A stretch of DNA of 63,973 bases, the filler included, from Craspedostauros australis (Eukaryota): assembly GCA_030167865.1 (NCBI GenBank). It is 14 parts of 14 records of this genome, joined end to end, with 100 filler letters (N's around TTAATTAATTAA, not from the genome) between each part and the next. Parts side by side here need not be neighbours in the genome. Positions count along the whole stretch, not along the records: positions 35,407 to 38,636 come from JALAGF010003641.1; positions 38,737 to 40,908 come from JALAGF010003642.1; positions 41,009 to 43,362 come from JALAGF010003644.1; positions 43,463 to 51,633 come from JALAGF010003645.1; 10 more parts are not named here. One strand, written 5' to 3'. The translations under genes and the position numbers were made by a program. Below, piece by piece: positions 35,407 through 47,129 of this stretch. Position 1 is the first letter of the stretch. Every line of letters starts with the position of its first letter. The notes beneath the pieces were generated by a model. That model did no database searches. It saw nothing but the letters and a program-made list of their open reading frames with translations, and had not been told where the DNA came from.

Positions 35407-37696
35407 ATAGCAGGGAGCAACGGATCCGACTGAATAGGTGCAGAATAGTGATGAAGGCGGTTAGCGTGGCAGATGTGGTGGAAGCAAGGAGCCGGCGAGC
35501 AGTGGCGAGAAATCCAATGGAAGAAGGAAGCAAGTGGAGAGGAAGAGAGTACATCCAATGGCCAAGGCAGGGACCCGTGCCACAGAAAGACTGGGCGCTG
35601 TGGAAACAGGCTGTGACGCGCATAGCAAAGACAGCAAGGCACAGTGAGGAGTGGGAATTGGAACAGGTCAGCGTGGTACGGGCCGAGAACGGAAGAAAGC
35701 TGTGGACGCGCGAAGGGCCAAGAGAGTGGGCTGAATGGAGAAGCAAGGAAGGAATGGTTCCGGGCATGGAGCGATACCAACGCACGCAGCGAGCATCGAG
35801 CGAGCCACCGGAAGGCGGGCGAGCAGTGTTCGTGCGGGAAATACGCCAGGAGATACATGTGGTTGGAACCGGCGGCAGGGTCCAGCGGAGTCAGTCGAAA
35901 TCAGACAAACGATTAAGCAGGGCGGAAAAGCAGTGGCTGGAGGCAGTGGCTGCAGGAGAAGCAGTAGTGAGTACGGATGGATCGTTCAAAAACGGAAGAA
36001 GCACGGCGGCGTACTCACTCAACCGGCATGGGCGACGCAAGGGGTTGGTGACAGCAGCAGCAGAGGTGCAAGGCCGCAAACAAGTGCAGAGTGCGTACCG
36101 CGCAGAGCTAGGAGGGATACTCCAGGCGTTGCGGCGAGTCGAGAGCATCATACGGCGCGACCGGCAGTGTCACGACATAGCCGGCAAAACGGTGGTTGTG
36201 GCATGTGACAACAAAATGGCAGGCATCCACGCAGTCCAATACACACAAGACGTCGGTACGGCAGTCCAGCACTTCGACATTCTCCGGGAGATACGAGGTA
36301 TACAAAGTGGGCTGCCAGTGCGACTACGATACAAACACGTGTATGGCCACCAGTTGGAAAGAGACCGAGGAGTTGCACGGGACGAATTCGCCTTTTGGAA
36401 CGACGAGGTCGATAAGCAGGCCGGAGAAGCGCAGTCGGGCGCAACACAGTGCAGGGACAGTGAGGAGGGAGGCAACGAGTGGTCGGTGTGGCTGGACGGT
36501 GAGAAGGTGTGCACGAGGGTGACGGAAACGCTCCGCAGATATGTACAAGGCCAACGGACCACAGGATGGCAGCGCAAAGTAGGGCGCATCCGTAAGGAGC
36601 AGATGTCGGCAGTGGATGTTCAGGCGGCGAGGTTGGCCATGGGGCAGATCACGACAAGGCGCAGACAGTGGGTGGCAAAGCACGCATGCAGCTTCGGGCC
36701 AGTCGGCAGAAATATGCACAAGTGGAAATTCTGGGCGACCAATCTGTGCCCAATATGCGGGCAGTGTGAGGAAACGACGGATCACGTCATGCAGTGTCAG
36801 CACCCAACGGCCGTGGCGGTGCGACGGGCAGCTATGAAAGAATGGGAAACAGGATTGCTGGCAGGGCGAGGAAGCGGATTGATGGTGCGCGAGTTAGTCA
36901 GGCAGGTCGGCGCATGGTGTGACGGTCTGAGACTGGAAGGCGAGCAAGGGCCACAATTGAGCAAGGCAGTCGCAGAGCAGGCAAGTATAGGATGGAATAT
37001 GATGGTGAGAGGCAGATGGTCTAAGAAATGGGGACTAATGCAAGAGCAGATGATGGAGCTCCACGAGCAGCCAGGGACAGCGGCGAACTGGATTGCAAGA
37101 GCAATTGTGGGGCTGTGGGAAGTGCGGTGGAAGGCGTGGGAAGCGCGAAACAAGGTGTTGCACGAAAGCGAGTCAGGGATCGCGGTAGCGAAGCTGACGA
37201 GGGAAGCGGCGCGTGCAGTACGCAAAGAATGGAGGAAAGGCGTGGGCAACCTAACGGGGGATGACGCAAGACTGCTGACCCTCACAACGGAGGCAGCAGT
37301 GAGACGACAATCAGCAGCGAATCAGTTGACGTGGGTGAAGCACGTGCAGGCGGCACGGGCGGCCAGCGCTAGACGGAAACGGAAAAGGTCCGATTCGACA
37401 ACAACAGTGGCAGGAAGGGCAAGGCGAGTCAGATCGCGGCGTTAAGCGCGCAAGCAGACAAGCAGCCCCTCGGCCTTACAAAAAGAGAGTGAAGAGCATA
37501 GCGGAGGATTCCGGATGCCCAGTGCGGTATGTTTTATGGCCCGGTGGAGTGGCAACCAGCGGTAGACCCAGGAGTGAGGGACCTAGGTAGGTCGTTCGAG
37601 CGCAGTCGGCCCGTATGGGTTCGCTGTGAGCCGGCGACGTTAAAGCTTTCGAGGCAACCCTCTGATGAGGGAATAATCAGTGCGTTATTATTATTA
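35407..37696 (+). mobile_element. 3' half of an RNase H-bearing non-LTR retrotransposon (Ambal-like); ORF ends at 37445, then 3' UTR and (TTA)4 tail
   Basis: RNase H motifs TDGS, SAYRAELGG, CDN, HVYGHQ and N-x-x-VD-x-x-A. Zn finger CPICGQCEETTDHVMQC. TTATTATTATTA at 37685-37696. Confidence 0.88.
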
Positions 37697-38636
37697 CTCG
37701 ATTGCACAGCTCGATGTGGAGTTGCCTATTTAGAATCTGACCCTGAGGGAGGTGATCATGAACCTCAGATCGTCCAGGAACCCAGACTTCGCTCTCTTCA
37801 TGTTGATTGACACAGGCAGGATGGACCGCAACAGAACTGTCTTCGTATTCCATCCCAAACGGAGAATCGAAGCGCTGGAACTCATTTCGAAGCTCACCTT
37901 CTTTTGCAGCAAGAAGTTCGACCAAAATTGTCAAGGGTGGTTCACACCAGAGGCGTGGGCACAGAACCAGTATTATGAAGTAGACTGGGAGACAGGCCTC
38001 ATTCGGAGCAAGGAGGAAATGGGAGATGGGGCAGCTGGTTCAAGCTGGTGGCAACTTCCTCGACCTCGATGCAGAGGAAATGGTGGAGCTCACCCCAGCG
38101 GACGTGGGGTGGGAAGGATACGTGGATAAGGACGGGAACATGAAACCATTGTTCACCCTCGGCGTGTTCCTGACGTTTGACGGCGTCGATGACCAACAGG
38201 TCCAGGTGCTGCGGAAGAAGTCGGAGGACTTCGCGGGACAGATGCGTCACGCTCAGCTGTCTCCGGAAGACGCCAAGTCGGCCCTTACGTTGCGCTTTAT
38301 CAAGTCCATTGAGTACGTGATGGGGGTTTCTCAACTCACGCGCCATCAGTGGCGGCGCATCATGGCCCCAGCACTCTTGGCGGCCCTCCCAAAGATGGGA
38401 TGCGCAAGAACGTTCCCACGGGATCTGGTGTACGCTCCAGTCTCCCTCGGGGGATTGGGAGTCCCAAATCCGGTCCATCGGCAAGTGATCAAGCAACTGC
38501 AATTGCTTTTTGACGAGGTGCATGGCGACACGTCTACAGGGCGAATGCTCGTGTGCTCAATACAGGCGATCAAGGCAGAGCTGGGTATCGGAGGGTCTCT
38601 GTTCTCACAACCGTTCGACCAACTGCACCAGTGCGT
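37697..38636 (+). mobile_element. Decayed LINE remnant: ORF1-like fragment joined to a post-RT/thumb region
   Basis: LD...TLREVIMNL...WFTPEA...DWETG with a stop and frameshift. From about 38140, PLFTLGVF...FPRDLVYAP...GGLG is clearly homologous to 56620-56960. Confidence 0.65.
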
Positions 38637-38736
38637 NNNNNNNNNNNNNNNNNNNNNNNNNNNNNNNNNNNNNNNNNNNNTTAATTAATTAANNNNNNNN
38701 NNNNNNNNNNNNNNNNNNNNNNNNNNNNNNNNNNNN

Positions 38737-40908
38737 ATAGCAGGGAGCAACGGATCCGACTGAATAGGTGCAGAATAGTGATGAAGGCGGTTAGCGTGGC
38801 AGATGTGGTGGAAGCAAGGAGCCGGCGAGCAGTGGCGAGAAATCCAATGGAAGAAGGAAGCAAGTGGAGAGGAAGAGAGTACATCCAATGGCCAAGGCAG
38901 GGACCCGTGCCACAGAAAGACTGGGCGCTGTGGAAACAGGCTGTGACGCGCATAGCAAAGACAGCAAGGCACAGTGAGGAGTGGGAATTGGAACAGGTCA
39001 GCGTGGTACGGGCCGAGAACGGAAGAAAGCTGTGGACGCGCGAAGGGCCAAGAGAGTGGGCTGAATGGAGAAGCAAGGAAGGAATGGTTCCGGGCATGGA
39101 GCGATACCAACGCACGCAGCGAGCATCGAGCGAGCCACCGGAAGGCGGGCGAGCAGTGTTCGTGCGGGAAATACGCCAGGAGATACATGTGGTTGGAACC
39201 GGCGGCAGGGTCCAGCGGAGTCAGTCGAAATCAGACAAACGATTAAGCAGGGCGGAAAAGCAGTGGCTGGAGGCAGTGGCTGCAGGAGAAGCAGTAGTGA
39301 GTACGGATGGATCGTTCAAAAACGGAAGAAGCACGGCGGCGTACTCACTCAACCGGCATGGGCGACGCAAGGGGTTGGTGAAAGCAGCAGCAGAGGTGCA
39401 AGGTCGCAAACAAGTGCAGAGTGCGTACCGCGCAGAGTTAGGAGGGATACTCCAGGCGTTGCGACGAGTCGAGAGCATCATACGGCGTGACCGACAACGT
39501 CACAACATAGCCGGTAAAACGGTGATTGTGGCATGCGACAACAAAATGGCAGGCATCCACGCAGTCCAATACACACAAGATGTCGGTACGGCAGTCCAGC
39601 ACTTCGACGTTCTCCGGGAGATACGAGGTATACAACGCAGGCTGCCAGTGAGACTACGATACAAGCACGTGTATGGCCACCAGTTGGAAAGAGACCGAGG
39701 AGTTGCACGGGACGAATTCGCTTTTTGGAACGACGAAGTCGATAAGCAGGCAGGAGCAGCGCAGTCGGGCGCCATGAAGTGCAGGGACAATGATGGGGGA
39801 GGCGACGAGTGGTCGGTGTGGCTGAACGGTGAGAAGGTGTGTACGAGGCTGACGGAGACGCTCCGCAACTACGTACAAGGCCAACGGACCACAGGATGGC
39901 AGCGCAAAGTAGGGCGCATCCGTACGGAGCAGATGTCGGCAGTGGATATTACAGCGGCGAGGTTGGCCATGGGGCAAATCACGACAAGGCGCAGACAGTG
40001 GGTGGCAAAGCACGCATGCAGTTTCGGGCCAGTCGGCAGAAATATGCACAAGTGGAAATTCTGGGCGACCAATCTGTGCCCAATTTGCGGGCAGTGCGAG
40101 GAAACGACGGATCATGTCATGCAGTGTCAGCACCCAACGGCCGTGGCGGTGCGACGGGCAGCTATGAAAGAATGGGAAACAGGACTGTTGGCCGGGCGAG
40201 GAAGCGGGTTGATGGTGCGCGAGTTAGTCAGGCAGGTCGGAGCATGGTGTGACGGTTTGAGACTGGAAGGCGAGCAAGGGCCACAATTGAGCAAGGCAGT
40301 CGCAGAGCAGGCAAGTATAGGATGGAATATGATGGTGAGAGGCAGATGGTCTAAGAAATGGGGACTAATGCAAGAGCAGATGATGGAGCTCCACGAGCAG
40401 CCAGGGACAGCGGCGAACTGGATTGCAAGAGCAATTGTGGGGCTGTGGGAAGTGCGGTGGAAGGCGTGGGAAGCGCGAAACAAGGTGTTGCACGAAAGCG
40501 AGTCAGGGATCGCGGTAGCGAAGCTGACGAGGGAAGCGGCGCGTGCAGTACGCAAAGAATGGAGGAAAGGCGTGGGCAACCTAACGGGGGATGACGCAAG
40601 ACTGCTGACCCTCACAACGGAGGCAGCAGTGAGACGACAATCAGCAGCGAATCAGTTGACGTGGGTGAAGCACGTGCAGGCGGCACGGGCGGCCAGCGCT
40701 AGACGGAAACGGAAAAGGTCCGATTCGACAACAACAGTGGCAGGAAGGGCAAGGCGAGTCAGATCGCGGCGTTAAGCGCGCAAGCAGACAAGCAGCCCCT
40801 CGGCCTTACAAAAAGAGAGTGAAGAGCATAGCGGAGGATTCCGGATGCCCAGTGCGGTATGTTTTATGGCCCGGTGGAGTGGCAACCAGCGGTAGACCCA
40901 GGAGTGAG
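38737..40908 (+). mobile_element. Second variant of the Ambal-like LINE 3' half
   Basis: Offset by 3330 bp from 35407. Flanks are identical and substitutions are confined to about 39382-40257. Confidence 0.88.
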
Positions 40909-41008
40909 NNNNNNNNNNNNNNNNNNNNNNNNNNNNNNNNNNNNNNNNNNNNTTAATTAATTAANNNNNNNNNNNNNNNNNNNNNNNNNNNNNNNNNNNN
41001 NNNNNNNN

Positions 41009-41653
41009 TCACCAACCCCTTGCGTCGCCCATGCCGGTTGAGTGAGTACGCCGCCGTGCTTCTTCCGTTTTTGAACGATCCATCCGTACTCACTACTGCT
41101 TCTCCTGCAGCCACTGCCTCCAGCCACTGCTTTTCCGCCCTGCTTAATCGTTTGTCTGATTTCGACTGACTCCGCTGGACCCTGCCGCCGGTTCCAACCA
41201 CATGTATCTCCTGGCGTATTTCCCGCACGAACACTGCTCGCCCGCCTTCCGGTGGCTCGCTCGATGCTCGCTGCGTGCGTTGGTATCGCTCCATGCCCGG
41301 AACCATTCCTTCCTTGCTTCTCCATTCAGCCCACTCTCTTGGCCCTTCGCGCGTCCACAGCTTTCTTCCGTTCTCGGCCCGTACCACGCTGACCTGTTCC
41401 AATTCCCACTCCTCACTGTGCCTTGCTGTCTTTGCTATGCGCGTCACAGCCTGTTTCCACAGCGCCCAGTCTTTCTGTGGCACGGGTCCCTGCCTTGGCC
41501 ATTGGATGTACTCTCTTCCTCTCCACTTGCTTCCTTCTTCCATTGGATTTCTCGCCACTGCTCGCCGGCTCCTTGCTTCCACCACATCTGCCACGCTAAC
41601 CGCCTTCATCACTATTCTGCACCTATTCAGTCGGATCCGTTGCTCCCTGCTAT
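41009..41653 (-). mobile_element. Third, partial copy of the Ambal-like LINE; apparent 5' junction near 41653
   Basis: Reverse complement of 35407-36051. Confidence 0.85.
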
Positions 41654-43462
41654 GAGCCCGATCAGTGAGTCGACCTGCACTTTGAAATGGACCTCCAGAA
41701 ATATTGTCTCGGATATCCAGACCGAGCACATATTCATAATCCTTGTAGGTCTAATACAAATAATTAACCGTTGCATTTTTTAGTTAGATCCTATTTTAAC
41801 TTTTATGGACCGATGGATGTGCGCATTTTTCGATCTCTTTCGGGTTTCAGCCTCTTGCTTCCGACTAAATCGATCCAAGTTAACCCTCTGCTGTTCTTTG
41901 TTTCGGCAACTGTGTTCCGATTTTGAATTGTTTAGTCTCTTTTTCAGGTGTTCGGATGAGGCCATCCAACAGCCCATCCACGATAGCACTAGTTGTAGAG
42001 TTTTGGGAGAAGCGGTGAATGCGCGTTTACATGCATTCAACCATGTACTAGCCCGATCCGTCATCGGCGTCACGCACCTAGATACTTCGTCATCAAACAC
42101 CAATGATATCACGATGCGCAACATCATCAGGTCTGCTTCGTTGTGGCGAAGTGGTTGAGTGGGGTTGGTACTCCTTGAGTGTTTTGTGTTGTGTGTTTTG
42201 TTGGACCGTTGGTAAAATTGTTGGTAAATCTCCACATCCCCCAACATGTGAGGCCGGTTGAGAGTGGCAAACTCGACACACCGACATGGAAGTGGAGCAA
42301 CACCAACAAAATACCACAATAGCCGTCCAACGGTATGCTTGGCGCCGCAACAACCAGCCGGCCAATTCAAGATTCAAGCATATCGCCGTCACCGCCATGC
42401 AACCCTTGGTGGGTGGACGAGCGGAGGCGGGAAGAGGGGTTGATTTGGGGCCGTCGTAGGCCCCAGAAATACGATCGCAATTTGGCCCCAAATCGGCTCG
42501 TTGGTTTTGGCCTGTGTGTGCCACACACAGGCCATATCAGCGCCTACGGATACGCAAGACGCCTCAAGGAGGCCAAGACAAAGGCACCCTCGAAGTTTGA
42601 GGCTCGCGGAGCACCGGGAAGGTGTCCGCGCGGAGGAAAAGGTGGTTTTCAAGAGTTTTGGTTGAGGCTTGCGCGGCACCAGTCGTGTGGCTTTGGCTGT
42701 GAGGGGCGATGGAAAGACGCCCCTCAATCGTCAAGCCACCCATACAAGATGGGTGCGGCATTGGCTGAAGATGGGCATCGAGAAGTATGCTCCGCTCAAG
42801 TTGTCTGGAAGAGGCTGCAGCTGACCATATCTGCAGAATGGTCGTTGTTCATGAGACCAAAAAATGCACCACCACATCATCATATGGAGGTGTATCACGT
42901 CGGCCAGGCACTCCCAGCCCATTCTGGATGCATCCGCGTGTCGCCATGGAGTGTGGGAATGCACGAGGAGCGCTTGGAGGGGGCTGAAAGGATTGTATGG
43001 ATGAGGTATGGATCCGTATCCATACCACATCCGGATTGAACACGTTTTTTGGCAATTGCTCTGTTTCAGTGTGTGGCTGCATTGCTGCATGCAGAGCCGA
43101 TGTCTGTGGCCAGCCTTCATGGAGTCGATAGCTGGGGGGTATGCAGAGCGAATGGTATGCACAGTTTGCTGAAATACAAGGATGATGATGATGATCATGT
43201 GTGCTCATTGGAGGGCAACATTGTGGCATCAACATTTTTTCCGAATCCACCACACAACACACAGCAAACCAACATGAGTTCCAAAATATTTTCTATTGTA
43301 ATTTAACTTCGATATTATGATTAAACGATAGTCAGGCGTCTGAATGCAATGTTTAGATTTAANNNNNNNNNNNNNNNNNNNNNNNNNNNNNNNNNNNNNN
43401 NNNNNNTTAATTAATTAANNNNNNNNNNNNNNNNNNNNNNNNNNNNNNNNNNNNNNNNNNNN

Positions 43463-46400
43463 GTTTCCACCAAGTTCGAGAACAATCAGAACGACCAACA
43501 GCCGCTCGAGAGCGTGAGGTCGGCCATCAGCAAGCTCTGCTTCAGCATCGCGCAGTTGCAGCACGATACGGCGTCGGCATCAATTCCTTGCCCGGCCGCA
43601 TCCAAAAGCCGCGAGCAGCTGCGCCAGTTCCGGAAGGACCAGTACAAGAGGTTGAAAACGGCGATTTCGAGGGGATTGGGACGCACGGCACTCGCCGTCC
43701 TCTCGAAGCAGGTGCCGAACCTCGTTGATATTGTGGGGACGAAGCATCGTCCACATATGAACCCCGAGAGCGGCAGAGGCGAGGGCACGTTCAGCGACTC
43801 CTGCAGCATCGGGAGCTTCTCCACCATCAGCGACTTGCATCATGCCGAACGTAGCACGCTGGATTACGGCAAGCAGGCAGATCAGCTCCGATTCGCCATC
43901 ATTCGGTTCTTCCAGATCGTCACGTCCATCACACCCATCGTCTGGATCGCCGACGATCTGCAGTGGGCTGACAAAGCCTCGATGGAAGTCATCGAGAAGT
44001 GCCTGCTGGATGGCAGAGTCTCGTCCCTCATGGTCGTGGCCACCTATCGATCCAACGAGATCTCCCACACACTGAAAACAGCCTTGGACAAGTTGAAGGC
44101 GACGCATCACGAACGATCGCTGCACCTGGCACGCATCAACGTCGACGATTTCAGCACCGACAACGTCAAAGAGCTGCTGATACAGCTGCTCGATCCAAAG
44201 TCTCCACGCATGGTCGACCAGCTCGCCTCCACCATCTACGAAAAGACCCACGGTAACGTCTTCTTCATCCAGCACTTCATCCGCATGCTGGTCGACAACG
44301 ACTTGCTCAACTACAACATCGGCCTGACGAAGTGGTCCTGGAACGATGACAATGTTCGCAAACGATCATCGGCAACGAACAACGTCCTCGACCTGCTCAC
44401 GGACAAGTTGCAACACTCCGAGGAGGCGCACATCGTGCTCCCGCTCATGGCGTGCCTGGGCAACACCACCACCGTCGACATGATCCGCCGTGCCGTCGAA
44501 GGATTCTCCGAGCATTCGGGACACTCTGACTGGTTTCGCAACATGTTTGGCCAGTCGCCCCTTGACGTGGCCAAGGAGCTATCGATGATACTGGACACGT
44601 GCCAAAAGGAAGGCTTCATCTTGCAATCCAGCCAGCAGTACAATGTGGTTAGCACAGCGTCTCCATCAAATTCCGGTGAAGACGAGAAGAACGCAGCGGG
44701 GGATAACGATAGTGGTGCCATCAACCAGCGAAGAGAAGCATCCAACCAAGCCATCGCCAGGAATCTCAACGCTAACCCCAACGCCAGCACCAACGCCAAC
44801 GCCAACGCCAACACCAGCGTAGATACAGATATAAACACAGGCGTGGACACAGGCATGGACGCAGGCACTGAGAAGTCCGTTTCCTTCGTGCATGACAAAG
44901 TCCTGGAAGCTGCGCTCAACCTCGTGCCTTCCGACAAGCTCCCCGAGCTGCGGTTCCGTATCGGCGAGATCTTCGTCGAGAGCCTCGACGATGAAGACCT
45001 GCGGGATTCCATCTTCGTCATCGCCAACCTCATCAATTCTCGTCTCGATTTGCTCCCGGCGCATGTTGGATCACGGTGCCATCCCTTGCGATTCCGCGTG
45101 TCTCAGCTCAACTACCAGGCGGGATGTGATTCCGTCGCATGCGCGTCATTCCGAATAGCTGCAGATTACTTCAAGCATGCCATCGAACTGCTGCCAAACG
45201 ATCACTGGGTGGGCGAATACACAATGTACTCGGTCCGTCTCTACACAGCTGCCGCCGAATGCGCGTCTGTCAATTCAGACCTACGCTTGTTGGAGGAGTA
45301 CGCGCAGCCAGTGCAAGATGCGGACTGCCCGCTAGCAGACAAGATGCGAGTCTATCACGTGCTCCTTGGCACGGGGAGGAGGATCGCAAAGCCTGGCGAT
45401 GTTTCCTTCGAACCGATCGCACTTGGTCTGGAGACCTTGCGCAAGCTAGGGTGCCGGCTTCCGAAGAGTAAGGCAATGCAAAAATTCGCGACGATCACTG
45501 GCCTGATCGGTCTGTCGTCGAAGGTGAAGAACAAGTGGTCGCCTGCCGTGCTAGAAAAGCTCGAGATTACAACGGACAAAGAGGCGCGTGCCATCATGGT
45601 GACGTTAGACACTTTAGGCGACGTCTGTTACATGATGCAGCCCGACTTGATGCCGCTGATGATTCTGGAGAACGTCCACCAATCTTTCAAGCGTGGCCTC
45701 ACCACGTGGTCGCCTCCCGCATTGGCCTACTCCGGCTTGATCATCAATTGGTTCTTGGGGAACGTGAAGGCAGCCACGGCCTACGCTGAGCATGCCATGA
45801 AGTTATTGGAGGAGATGGATTGCCGTGACGCGGAGAGCCGGACCATGGTGACGGCCTACCTCGGGGTTTTCCATTGGACTCGGCCCTTCGCCATTTGTCG
45901 GCCCGAGCTGATGAAGACCTACGAAATCGGAATGTCAACAGGCGATGTGGATGCTGCCGGATGGGCCATCTTTCAGTTCCATTACATTGGTGTGTACACT
46001 GGCAGCAACCTACGACAAATGGAAGAGGGTTGTCTGCTGTACACGCAAGTTATGGATGATCATGGCATGGTGAGGCAAAGGGAAGTATTCCGTATGCTGC
46101 AGCAGGTCATATTGAATTTGCTGGGACGGTCACCTCATACGACGATGCTCAAGGGTGAAGCCTTCGACGAAGACGTGTCGCTTCCAAAGTACAAAGAAGA
46201 TGGACAGGACCTATTGGTCCTGGGCACCGGCAGTAACAAACTACAACTGGCCATGTACTTTGGAGAGCTCCAGCTTTGTGCGGACTTGTCGCTAACATCC
46301 TTTCCAATTATCATGAAGAACGCCCCAGGACAACCGGTCATCGTCTACGCCACATTGGCGGCTGCATTGAGCTGCAGCTACGCAGCGGGGAAGCATTCTA

Positions 46401-46795
46401 AGAAGCACAAAACGTACAAACAGTACAAGGCAATCGCCAAGAAGAGCCGGGGGCATCTGGAGAAATGGACTCGGGAAGGATGTCCCAACACGGATCACTT
46501 GTTGGAGATGGTCAACGGTGAACGATTCGGTTGGAAAGGGAAAACCGGGGTGGCGTATGCCCATTTCAAAGAGTGCATCCGCTTGTCAGGACGGAGAGGG
46601 CAGCTCAACATTCAGGCTTTGGCCAATGAGAGGTTAGCGGAGATGTGGCTGCGGAATGGAGAGCACGACGATGCTTCCTATCATTTCGACGAGGCACTGA
46701 GATTGTACGGAGAATGGGGCGCACCAGCAAAGGTGCGGATCCTGCGAAAGCGATTGGAGGCGACGGGGATGCTGCAAGTAGACGCATACGATTAA
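43463..46795 (+). CDS. STAND/AAA ATPase-helical repeat protein, 5'-truncated redundant copy of 52189-56173
   Basis: WIADDLQWAD, GNVFFI, FVHDKVLEAA and YGEWGA-x-AKV. Confidence 0.85.
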   Translation, partial: VSTKFENNQNDQQPLESVRSAISKLCFSIAQLQHDTASASIPCPAASKSREQLRQFRKDQYKRLKTAISRGLGRTALAVLSKQVPNLVDIVGTKHRPHMNPESGRGEGTFSDSCSIGSFSTISDLHHAERSTLDYGKQADQLRFAIIRFFQIVTSITPIVWIADDLQWADKASMEVIEKCLLDGRVSSLMVVATYRSNEISHTLKTALDKLKATHHERSLHLARINVDDFSTDNVKELLIQLLDPKSPRMVDQLASTIYEKTHGNVFFIQHFIRMLVDNDLLNYNIGLTKWSWNDDNVRKRSSATNNVLDLLTDKLQHSEEAHIVLPLMACLGNTTTVDMIRRAVEGFSEHSGHSDWFRNMFGQSPLDVAKELSMILDTCQKEGFILQSSQQYNVVSTASPSNSGEDEKNAAGDNDSGAINQRREASNQAIARNLNANPNASTNANANANTSVDTDINTGVDTGMDAGTEKSVSFVHDKVLEAALNLVPSDKLPELRFRIGEIFVESLDDEDLRDSIFVIANLINSRLDLLPAHVGSRCHPLRFRVSQLNYQAGCDSVACASFRIAADYFKHAIELLPNDHWVGEYTMYSVRLYTAAAECASVNSDLRLLEEYAQPVQDADCPLADKMRVYHVLLGTGRRIAKPGDVSFEPIALGLETLRKLGCRLPKSKAMQKFATITGLIGLSSKVKNKWSPAVLEKLEITTDKEARAIMVTLDTLGDVCYMMQPDLMPLMILENVHQSFKRGLTTWSPPALAYSGLIINWFLGNVKAATAYAEHAMKLLEEMDCRDAESRTMVTAYLGVFHWTRPFAICRPELMKTYEIGMSTGDVDAAGWAIFQFHYIGVYTGSNLRQMEEGCLLYTQVMDDHGMVRQREVFRMLQQVILNLLGRSPHTTMLKGEAFDEDVSLPKYKEDGQDLLVLGTGSNKLQLAMYFGELQLCADLSLTSFPIIMKNAPGQPVIVYATLAAALSCSYAAGKHSKKHKTYKQYKAIAKKSRGHLEKWTREGCPNTDHLLEMVNGERFGWKGKTGVAYAHFKECIRLSGRRGQLNIQALANERLAEMWLRNGEHDDASYHFDEALRLYGEWGAPAKVRILRKRLEATGMLQVDAYD

Positions 46796-47129
46796 GTGTT
46801 AAACGAGCCATCAAGATCAGATACGGGCACGTCCACATCACGAGAGAGATTGTGATATCAAGTCCAGCAGTGGACTCGGGGGAAGGGATTCCTACCACAA
46901 CTCAGAAGGAAATTGTGACGCGGTTTTCGCCATTCTACTGGTGGTCTCCGAAATTCAAGAAGTCCAACGAGTTCTGCCGCAATTGACACGATGGACAATA
47001 TGTAGTCTGAATTTAGAATCCAAAAATGTAACGAGACTTCGTGAGTCGTCGTGCGTACTCGTATGTATTACAGAGATTTGTGGAAGCGCCGTCCATACAG
47101 CCGCATCTCCTGTCGTCGCTGCCGGCGTC

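Noticed and set aside
37662..37700. CTGATGA suggesting a hammerhead ribozyme
   Set aside because: No GAAA core follows a stem II. The motif sits in the CCCTC/GAGGG hairpin and is not kept in the 31332-31420 homolog.
44311..45036. Long antisense ORFs over real genes (here and elsewhere)
   Set aside because: These are shadow ORFs from codon bias, with no independent motifs.
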